DNA of 21,730 nt from an uncultured Pseudomonadota bacterium (GTDB taxonomy: Bacteria > SAR324 > NAC60-12), in NCBI GenBank assembly GCA_913020725.1, contig CAJWCD010000058.1:1-21730 (forward strand), given 5' to 3'. Below, one piece after another: positions 1 to 7,182 of this stretch. The translations under genes were made by a program, and so were the position numbers. Under the pieces are notes generated by a model. It was not told the DNA's origin, made no database searches, and worked only from the letters and a program-made list of their open reading frames with translations. How positions within the stretch are numbered: position 1 is the first letter of the stretch; each line of letters begins with the position of its first letter.

Positions 1-110
1 GAAAACACTCGGCAAACTCATGGAAAACTCCTGAGCAAGCCGAACGTGAGTTCTTTGATGAACTCGCTTGCCACCCTTAACTCATTGTCTCTTTTTTCTG
101 GGCAGGGCCA
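1..110 (+). mobile_element. Right end of an IS3-family insertion sequence (transposase C-terminus 3..80 plus right inverted repeat ending at 110); truncated by the window edge
   Basis: Frame 3..80 reads KHSANSWKTPEQAEREFFDELACHP*, resembling the R-x-H-S-x-L-x-x-x-T/S-P tail of IS3-family transposases. It is followed by TGTCTCTTTTTTCTGGGCAGGGCCA, ending in CA as IS3 termini do, and the sequence then switches abruptly into an unrelated gene tail. Confidence 0.6.
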
Positions 111-175
111 CCAACACCATCAACTACTCCGCAGAGCTCCCGCTTGCGCAGGGCATCCGCTTTGAACTGGAGTGA
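110..175 (+). pseudogene. 3' tail of an ALDH7/antiquitin-type aldehyde dehydrogenase, cut off by the IS
   Basis: Translates as TNTINYSAELPLAQGIRFELE*, matching the characteristic ALDH7 C-terminus (T-x-T-I-N-Y-S-x-x-L-P-L-A-Q-G-I-x-F). No start codon lies between the IS end and this stretch. Confidence 0.75.
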
Positions 176-186
176 CCGAGGCGAGC

Positions 187-387
187 TTAATCGCCCCCGG
201 CTTGGGCAAAAACCGCTGGCCCGGCCATGCCAAGGGGTGTGGGCGGTTGATAATGCCGCTCCAGCAGTTGGATGAGGATGGAGGTCTTGGGGATGTTGCG
301 CTGCACCGCTTCGTCCTCCAAGGCCAAGTAGAGGGGCTTGGGGATGTTGGCGCTGATGGTTTGCAGGTCTCGCTTGCGTCGGGGCAT
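187..387 (-). CDS. Small ribbon-helix-helix (CopG/Arc/MetJ-like) DNA-binding protein, 66 aa
   Basis: Basic N-terminus, alternating beta strand QTISANIP, helix KPLYLALEDEAVQR, turn, second helix KTSILIQLLERHY. GAAGGA lies just upstream of the ATG. Confidence 0.6.
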   Translation of the reverse strand: MPRRKRDLQTISANIPKPLYLALEDEAVQRNIPKTSILIQLLERHYQPPTPLGMAGPAVFAQAGGD

Positions 388-824
388 GATCCTTCATGGG
401 TCAAGGGTTCACGAACGGTCCGTGTCCGGAACGTGTCATCTGGGTGATGGCACTTGCTTCCCCTCTGCAAAAAGCGTGACACGGATAACGCATATACGTT
501 TTCCATAAAACACCCCGATAACGGCACACCGAGTGCATTGCTCCCCTGCGTCAGGTCATCGTAGCCAGGGCTGCGATTCAGCATCGGACGCGATCCAGGG
601 CATGCGTAACAGCTTGTTCCCGACCATGGAGGCATTTTGGAGGTCGCAACGGTCAAGAGCGCATGGATGCGTAGGTGGTTTGATTGCGTGCTTGTCACGC
701 TGTGCGGGCATGGATGCCCGAACACCTTCCTTTTTTTTGCCTGTCTCTGTCCGGGGGAGTGGGATGGCGGATCCCGCTCCCCCTTACGGACACCATCTCC
801 ACCCAGCACTCAAAACCTGCGGAG

Positions 825-1505
825 ATGACATGTTTCACTTTGGAAATTCAGCGAGTTCTCCTCAGGAAAATCCTAATTTCCGGATGCTGCATTGTCCTCT
901 TTGGCACACTCTCGAATCTCCGCGCTGCCGATCTCCCAAACCTGCAACTGCTGCTCAGTAACGAGTTCCGGGATCCCAAACTCACCGATAAACAGCGGGA
1001 CATCCTCAAGCAGGGCATCCTCAACGGCTGGTACGCCAATCCCAACGACTGCCAAACCCTGCTGAGTTCCGCTTACATGTCTCAGCACGATTACTACTGG
1101 TTTGTCTGTGAGGACAAGATTGGTCGCATGCACGAGGTGCAGTTTCGGCCTCAAGACCTGAAGCGCAGCTTCGCCTTCTCCACCAAGCACTGCGACAAGC
1201 ACTACTGCTACCACCGCATCTGGCTGAAGGGACAGGCGACCCAAAGGCCGAAGAAACCCGCCCAATCGGATTCTCTGCTGAAGAGCAAATGCGAACCCAT
1301 CATCCAGTCCTATCTGCGCTCTCCCCTCAAGTACGAACCGGATTACTTTTCCATGAACATCGCCCGCAAGGATGACAAGGAGAATTGGATTTCGTGGACC
1401 TTCAAGACCACCAATGAGTACGGAGTGCCTGTGCGCCAACGGGCGGTTTGTGTCATTCAGCAGGGACGGATTTTGAAGAAGGCGTGGATTGAGGTAATCC
1501 GGTAG
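825..1505 (+). CDS. Exported hypothetical protein, cysteine-containing, ~226 aa
   Basis: Long ORF (track 684..1505). ATG 825 is preferred because it precedes a signal-peptide-like segment (RKILISGCCIVLFGTLSNLRA/AD). The C-terminal domain has C-x-x-x-I-x-x-x-L-x-x-P ... N-E-Y-G ... C. The start is uncertain. Confidence 0.65.
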   Translation: MTCFTLEIQRVLLRKILISGCCIVLFGTLSNLRAADLPNLQLLLSNEFRDPKLTDKQRDILKQGILNGWYANPNDCQTLLSSAYMSQHDYYWFVCEDKIGRMHEVQFRPQDLKRSFAFSTKHCDKHYCYHRIWLKGQATQRPKKPAQSDSLLKSKCEPIIQSYLRSPLKYEPDYFSMNIARKDDKENWISWTFKTTNEYGVPVRQRAVCVIQQGRILKKAWIEVIR

Positions 1506-1507
1506 CT

Positions 1508-2077
1508 CTACTCCGGCGCGACGCCCATGCTTTCCCGGAAGCGGTGTTTGAGGTAGGTGGGGCTTTTCGGAGGACGTCCCGGAGAGCGGGTGCTGTTGGT
1601 TAGCGCCGAGATGAACCACGGTCCCGGTTGATGGAAGGCTTGGAGAAAGGCTTGCTCAAAGGCGTCTTGAGTTTCCACGGATTCGCAGTGTTCAATGCCC
1701 GCCCCGCGAGCGACTTCGGCGAGGTTCGTCCGGAATGCGGTGGCGGTTGGTTGCCCTCCAGTGAGTTCGTGCTGGCGGTTGTCCCAGACGACGTGGATCA
1801 GGTTTTCGGGAGAGCGAACCGCCGTGGTCGCCAGCGCGTTGAGGTTCATCAGCAACGCGCCGTCGCCGTCAAGGACAATCACCTTTTGCTGCGGACGCGC
1901 CATCGCCACGCCCAGCCCCACCGAAATCGCCAGCCCCATCGCATTCCAGAGGTAGAAGTTCTGGGGGCGGTCCCCGGACAGGAAGAGATTGTACTTGGCA
2001 TTGCCCAGCGAGGCGACGATCGGCTCGTCCGTGACATGAGCCGCAATGAAACGGGTGGCTTCCAAACTGTTGATCAT
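1508..2077 (-). CDS. comE: TPP-dependent decarboxylase beta subunit (sulfopyruvate/phosphonopyruvate decarboxylase family)
   Basis: TPP-binding motif GDGALLMN...WDN, plus NFYLWNAMG and TGGQPT; 189 aa; lies 4 bp downstream of the alpha subunit. Confidence 0.8.
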   Translation of the reverse strand: MINSLEATRFIAAHVTDEPIVASLGNAKYNLFLSGDRPQNFYLWNAMGLAISVGLGVAMARPQQKVIVLDGDGALLMNLNALATTAVRSPENLIHVVWDNRQHELTGGQPTATAFRTNLAEVARGAGIEHCESVETQDAFEQAFLQAFHQPGPWFISALTNSTRSPGRPPKSPTYLKHRFRESMGVAPE

Positions 2078-2081
2078 GGGG

Positions 2082-2591
2082 TCACTTCTCCTTCCAGCCC
2101 GCCAGTTCCGTGGAGATCAGCACGGCCACGGGCTGTTCCAGCGCAAACGCCAGCTTGAGTGCCCCGTTCACCCGCACCTCCACCTCTTCCGGACGGGAGA
2201 GGATGAAGTGCGGAATGTTGAGGCTTTCCAAAATCGGCACCAGCGCCTGCCCCATCGGCACCTGTGTGGCGTTGAACTCGCCCAAAGCTCCGCGCCAGCC
2301 GATGAAAACCGGCATGGGAATGTGGTACGGAATCGCCAGCGACGCAAAAGCGTTGATGGAATTGCCCACGCCGGAAGTCGGCATCAGGATCGCCCCGCGC
2401 TCGCCCACAAGGTACTGTCCTGTGACCACCCCCACGCCTTCTTCCTCACGGGCCAGCGGTAGGATGTCGAAAAACGCATCCTCCCGCGCCGCACGCAGGA
2501 TGTGCTCGCCGCACGCATCCGGAACGTAGCTGAGGAAGCGGACGTTGTAAGCTTTCAGTTGCTCAATGATCCGCTGGGGCCAAGCCGTCAT
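2082..2591 (-). CDS. comD: TPP-dependent decarboxylase alpha subunit (sulfopyruvate/phosphonopyruvate decarboxylase family)
   Basis: YVPD, REEEGVGVVTG (catalytic Glu region), SGVGNSINA, WRG and QVPMG motifs; 169 aa. Confidence 0.8.
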   Translation of the reverse strand: MTAWPQRIIEQLKAYNVRFLSYVPDACGEHILRAAREDAFFDILPLAREEEGVGVVTGQYLVGERGAILMPTSGVGNSINAFASLAIPYHIPMPVFIGWRGALGEFNATQVPMGQALVPILESLNIPHFILSRPEEVEVRVNGALKLAFALEQPVAVLISTELAGWKEK

Positions 2592-3001
2592 TTTCTTGAA
2601 TCACACAAAGTTGCTAACGGGGGACAAGTGACCGGAGGCGTGTCCGCCCCCACCCCTTAAGCAAAGCAGATGGGTCGCAAACTGCACGTTTTTTTGCATG
2701 TGCCGACAAAATAAGGACGACTCTGCGCAGGGATCAGCCTGCCGCATCCCCCCTCAAACTCCCGGTCATGCCTCAAGAAGGCTCCAGCACTTGCTACCAG
2801 TCCAAGAAGGATTTGCGCCTTTGAAAATAAATCACTGCTAAATTTTCTCAATTTTTTTTCGCGTCTACCCACTTATTATTTTACCAATTGCCAAAAAAAA
2901 ACAGAGTCTTGGAAAAAACGGTTTTTCTTGACTATGTAAACTATTGATTTTATTAATTATTTTTCATTACCAATTTCGAGTAATTTTTACCAAAAAAAGG
3001 G

Positions 3002-3032
3002 TTGACAGTCCCCCCCCCCCCTGCATTAGGAT
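3002..3032 (+). promoter_or_regulatory. Putative sigma70 promoter for the DUF1326-DUF2182 pair, with a C12 tract in the spacer
   Basis: Perfect TTGACA at 3002-3007, C12 at 3010-3021, and TAGGAT at 3027-3032 (19-bp spacer). An A/T-rich UP-like region lies upstream. Confidence 0.5.
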
Positions 3033-3169
3033 ATTGTCTGGTGCTGATCTCGTGAAGAATCTTGGGGAAGTCCAGCCCAAGGCTCCTGTGAGAAAAGCTG
3101 TTTTTTTTCAGCCAACAGGAGTTGGGGGGAAGAAAGACGATTTTGTTGAACAAGCAATCAGGAGAAAAG

Positions 3170-3805
3170 ATGACACCTTGGGAAATACACGCGGTTGAAG
3201 TTTCCAATTGCAATTGTGCATACGGTTGCCCTTGTCAATTCAACGCCCTGCCAACCTATGGCACCTGCGAGGCCGCAGTGGGGCATCAGATTAAAAAGGG
3301 GTTTTATGGAGATGTCTCGCTGGACGGGGTGAAGGCCGGTTTCATGGCGAAGTGGCCCGGTCCCATTCATGAAGGCAATGGCGAGCGGCTGATCATCATT
3401 GACGATCAAGCCTCCACCGAACAGCGCGACGCGCTGGAAAAAATCTTATCCGGGGAGGACACGGAAGAGATGGCGACCATCTGCTGGGTGATCAATGCCA
3501 TGACCACGACCCATCATGAGACGCTCTACAAGCCCATCACCATCGAAGCGGACGTGGAGGGGCGCAAGGGCCGTGTCGTGGTGGACGGGGTTTTTGAACT
3601 GAACGCAGAGCCCATCAAGAATCCCGTGACCGGAGCTGAGCATCGGGCGCGCATTGACATTCCGCAGGGCTTCGAGTTCACCATCGCGGAGATGGCGAGC
3701 GGGACGACGAAGACCCAGAGCGGGATTGACCTGCCCAACAACAACGGCACGCACACCCATCTAGCCGAACTCCACTGGAACAATGCGGGGATCATCAAGT
3801 CCTGA
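3170..3805 (+). CDS. DUF1326 family protein (Cys-rich, putative metal-binding)
   Basis: N-terminal NCNCAYGCPCQF...PTYGTCEA, followed by GPIHEGNG and EQRDALEKILSG. RBS AGGAG precedes ATG 3170. Confidence 0.85.
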   Translation: MTPWEIHAVEVSNCNCAYGCPCQFNALPTYGTCEAAVGHQIKKGFYGDVSLDGVKAGFMAKWPGPIHEGNGERLIIIDDQASTEQRDALEKILSGEDTEEMATICWVINAMTTTHHETLYKPITIEADVEGRKGRVVVDGVFELNAEPIKNPVTGAEHRARIDIPQGFEFTIAEMASGTTKTQSGIDLPNNNGTHTHLAELHWNNAGIIKS

Positions 3806-3849
3806 AGGTTCCTGACGCACGCCACAGATTCTTCTTCCGGACAAACAGG

Positions 3850-4716
3850 ATGGAAACCAGCAGGGTTGAGCAGTTGCTCGCTAGGGACCGCCTGATCATC
3901 AGTTCCGCGATGGTAGCGATTTTCGTGATTGCTGCCATCTACACGGTGCTGGGCGTGGGGATGCCGATGTCGGCCTTGGAGATGACTCTGGCCGAGGGCA
4001 TGGCATCTCCGCAAAGCAACATGGCTTCCGGGACGGGCATGGCCGAACAAGGCATGGCGATGATGATGATGCCAGCCGCCTGGTCTGGCCGCTACGCGGT
4101 TTTGGTCTTCCTGATGTGGTGGGTGATGATGATTGCCATGATGCTCCCCAGCGTGGCGTCGGTGGTGCTGCTCTACACGGCCCTGATCCGCCGGGGGGGC
4201 GACGCGGCAAACGTTCCCCGACTGGCCGGGGTGTTTCTGGCGGGCTACCTGTCGGCATGGGCGTTCTTCAGCCTGTTGGCAACGGGGGCGCAGTGGTTTC
4301 TGGAGTTGCGCGGGATCGTCTCGCCGATGGGCATGGCCCTGACCAGCAACCTCCTTGGCGCCTCGGTGCTGATTGCTGCCGGAGCGTACCAACTCACGCC
4401 CTGGAAGCAGTCCTGCCTCCAGCATTGCCAGAGTCCCCTGAAATACCTGACGGAGCATCGGCGTCCAGGACTGCGGGGGGCCTTGCGGATGGGCATCGAA
4501 CACGGTGCGTTCTGCCTCGGCTGCTGCTGGTTCTTGATGGCCCTGCTGTTTGTGGGAGGCATCATGAACCTCTACTGGATCATCGGGCTGACCGTGTTTG
4601 TGTTGTTGGAGAAACTGCTGATGGCCCGTCACTGGCTCACCTTCAGCAAGGCCGTTGGGGCGGGGCTCTGCCTTGCGGGAATCGGCTTGGTGCTGTCCGG
4701 GGAGGCGCTGGGCTGA
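3850..4716 (+). CDS. DUF2182 family metal-binding integral membrane protein
   Basis: MWWVMMIAMMLPS, YQLTPWKQSCLQHC, CLGCCWFLM and GIMNLYWI...EK motifs; a Met-rich loop; the usual partner of DUF1326. Confidence 0.88.
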   Translation: METSRVEQLLARDRLIISSAMVAIFVIAAIYTVLGVGMPMSALEMTLAEGMASPQSNMASGTGMAEQGMAMMMMPAAWSGRYAVLVFLMWWVMMIAMMLPSVASVVLLYTALIRRGGDAANVPRLAGVFLAGYLSAWAFFSLLATGAQWFLELRGIVSPMGMALTSNLLGASVLIAAGAYQLTPWKQSCLQHCQSPLKYLTEHRRPGLRGALRMGIEHGAFCLGCCWFLMALLFVGGIMNLYWIIGLTVFVLLEKLLMARHWLTFSKAVGAGLCLAGIGLVLSGEALG

Positions 4717-4879
4717 GCCGGAGAAGCGTATCCCCTCTTTTGCACGGATAAAAAAAATTCATTAGTAGTAGAATATTCACACAGGAGGTGTGAGGCTGTT
4801 TGAGCGAGCGCCTGATGAGGGGCTTCCCCTCACCCGCGAGCATGGCGGAATTCATCACGCGACAAGCAAGGAGAGAGCG

Positions 4880-5212
4880 ATGATTACGAACCAGCAGATC
4901 ATGTCGGTCAAACAGTTCTGGGCGGACCAAGACCGCTAGGCAGGAGTGGAGCACCCGTATGGGCCGAGGACGTTGTGAACTTGCAAGGAACGCGGCATGG
5001 GCGCATTCAGCGAGCTTCAGCAGCGCGAGTTCGCTATGCAAAACGAAGGCTTCCGGGCCGTCAAGCACCAGAGTTTCGTTGGCGTTGGCTACTTCGACCA
5101 GGTGCAGAACACCATTGCCGGAGGCGAGTCCTCGACCGTTGCACTGAAGGACTCCACCGAGGCCGAGCAGTTCCATCCGGAGCAAGAGGGCCGCGAAGCA
5201 GCAGTTGCCTGA
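4880..5212 (+). pseudogene. aceA: Isocitrate lyase pseudogene with a large internal deletion, a premature stop and a frameshift
   Basis: RBS AAGGAG and ATG 4880 give MITNQQIMSVKQFWADQDR*AGVEHPY/(frameshift)AEDVVNLQGT, the ICL N-terminus. This joins at ~4990 directly to ERGMGAFSELQQREF...KHQSFVGVGYFD...SSTVALKDSTEAEQF, the ICL C-terminus. The catalytic KKCGH region is absent. Confidence 0.9.
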
Positions 5213-5213
5213 T

Positions 5214-5240
5214 CCCACCGATTTGGAGGGGAGCGGTGGG
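5214..5240. terminator. GC-rich stem-loop after the aceA remnant, between convergent genes
   Basis: CCCACCG-N13-CGGTGGG; no clear U-tract. Confidence 0.3.
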
Positions 5241-5401
5241 CCGATCGTTCGGCATCACCCCTGAAACAGCGCCCCTTCCAACCCCTTCCTTTCAAGGTCT
5301 CAGCCCTGATGTGCAGCCACCACACACCGGGGCATTTTACATTTGGACAACTTCATTCAGAGCAAGGGTGTTCAATTCTTATTGAGACTCGTGATCAGCA
5401 A

Positions 5402-7174
5402 TCAGGAATTCCGGAGGCTGACGGTGGCTTCGGAATCCAGCGATCCGTCTGTGCGGAGGATAACACGATAGTCCGTGCGAGCCGATTCCGGGGCGACCAC
5501 GCCGTTGCGTACATCGCGGGCAATGTGTTCCGGGTCGCGCTCCGCAGGATTGCCGAACCCTGCCCCGCCGGGAAGTTCCATCACAAGGCGGTCGTGAGGA
5601 GGAATGGTTTGCTCGCCCTTGGCGTTGAGTTGCTTTCCGGACGCTAAACGAACTTCACCAGCCGCACCATCGTACCCTCCGTCGCGTCCGCGTGGAGGGT
5701 GCCGCACCCGGTCAAACATGGCGAGCACGTTGAACGGCGCCCCGTTGCTTCCGCCAATCTCCATGACTTGTCCCAAACCTCCACGCCAGTGCCCGGCCCC
5801 TCCGGAATCAGGCCGCAGTTCCTTGCGCCAGACCACCACCGGAGCAATGTTCTCGGTCGCTTCCACAGGCATCGTGCGCACTCCGCTCGGAAAGGCGGTC
5901 GCCGAAAGCCCATCCTGTCCCGGACGCCCGCCCATGCCTCCGCTGTTGAAGGTGACGACGTTGAACTCCGGGACTTCCGGAACCTCGGCATCGACTTCTT
6001 TGAGATAAGCGCGGCTGCCGCGAAGTTGAGGATTCCAGATGCTTCCCGCTCCCTCGGCGGGCATGCCGAAGCGAAAGGGATTGGCTTCGGAAGCGACGCT
6101 CTCTGCGGACTCCGACAATTCACCAACGGCCTGATGTAGGCAACCCAGCAGCAAATCCGGAAGCATGTGTCCGATGACATGGCGGATGGCGACTGGATCG
6201 GGGTGCTTGGCGTTGAGAATTGCGCCTTCAGGAATGCTCGTGGTGATCGGATCAAGTGATCCGGCGTTGTTAGGAATGTCCGGGGCGACGACGCACTTCA
6301 CTCCGTAAGCGGTGTAGGCCCGTGTGTACGCAGGAGGCACGTTGATGCCGAAGGCACTGACCGCAGACGTTCCCGCATAATCGACATGCACTCCGTTGAG
6401 CGCAACACTCAGTGTCGCCTCCAGATGCACGGGTTGGTCGTACCCATCAATATCGAGAGTGTGATGCCATGAGCCTTGCGGCAGTTTGGCTAACCGCTCT
6501 AGGGTCGTGCGGTGGGAAGTGTCGAGGATGTGCCGGGCAAGGTCGTCCAGCGTTTCGAGTTGGAATTCGGCCATCATTTCCTGAAGTCGCCGACAGCCTT
6601 CGTCATTGCAGGTGGCCAGCGAGAAGAGGTCGCCCCGCACCTGCAACGGCTCCCGGACGTTGGCTCGCACGATTTCCAGCAAGTCCTCGTTCGCCTGCCC
6701 CGCCCGGAACAGTGGCAGGATCGGGATGTTCAGCCCCTCCTCGAACACCTGATGCGCGTCCGGGCCAAAGCCCCGTCCGCCGACATCCACGACATGCGCG
6801 GTCGAAGCCAACAGCCCCACGGGTTTGCCGTGGTGAAACGCCGGAGTGACGGCGGTGAAGTCGTGCAGGTGTCCGGTGCCCAACCACGGATCGTTGGTGA
6901 GGTAGCAATCGCCCGCGCGCATGGTCTCCAGCGGGATTTTGCGCAGGAAATGCTGCACAGATTCGGCCATCGAATTGACGTGTCCGGGGGTGCCAGTGAC
7001 CGCCTGTGCGAGCATTCGACCCTGTCGGTCGAAGATTCCCGCCGAAAGATCACCCGCCTCCCGGACGGTGGTGCTGAAGGAAGTGCGAATCAGCGTCTGC
7101 GCCTGTTCCTCCACCACCGCGAGCAGGCGGTTCCACATCAGTTGCTGATGAATCTGCGAAAGTCCGGAAGCCAT
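5402..7174 (-). CDS. hyuB: Hydantoinase B / 5-oxoprolinase family protein
   Basis: RTSFSTTVREAGDLS, NDPWLGTGHLHD, HVVDVGG, EEGL and DSGGAGHWRGGLG motifs, and a C-terminal PGGAGFGNP; 590 aa. Substrate unknown. Confidence 0.92.
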   Translation of the reverse strand: MASGLSQIHQQLMWNRLLAVVEEQAQTLIRTSFSTTVREAGDLSAGIFDRQGRMLAQAVTGTPGHVNSMAESVQHFLRKIPLETMRAGDCYLTNDPWLGTGHLHDFTAVTPAFHHGKPVGLLASTAHVVDVGGRGFGPDAHQVFEEGLNIPILPLFRAGQANEDLLEIVRANVREPLQVRGDLFSLATCNDEGCRRLQEMMAEFQLETLDDLARHILDTSHRTTLERLAKLPQGSWHHTLDIDGYDQPVHLEATLSVALNGVHVDYAGTSAVSAFGINVPPAYTRAYTAYGVKCVVAPDIPNNAGSLDPITTSIPEGAILNAKHPDPVAIRHVIGHMLPDLLLGCLHQAVGELSESAESVASEANPFRFGMPAEGAGSIWNPQLRGSRAYLKEVDAEVPEVPEFNVVTFNSGGMGGRPGQDGLSATAFPSGVRTMPVEATENIAPVVVWRKELRPDSGGAGHWRGGLGQVMEIGGSNGAPFNVLAMFDRVRHPPRGRDGGYDGAAGEVRLASGKQLNAKGEQTIPPHDRLVMELPGGAGFGNPAERDPEHIARDVRNGVVAPESARTDYRVILRTDGSLDSEATVSLRNS

Positions 7175-7182
7175 GATTTTTT

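Noticed and set aside
2592..2830. TPP riboswitch upstream of the TPP-dependent decarboxylase
   Set aside because: The minus strand lacks the CTGAGA and the ACCTGA...TAAT...GCG.AGG core motifs.
2879..2995. TTACCAA repeated at 2881, 2967 and 2987 as a GntR/FadR-type operator
   Set aside because: Only half-sites in very AT-rich DNA, with no full palindrome and no regulator nearby.
3526..4632. Long antisense or alternate-frame ORFs (368 aa here; also 13288..14331, 873..1619, 6512..7228 and others)
   Set aside because: These are shadow ORFs of well-supported genes in GC-rich DNA, with no family motifs.
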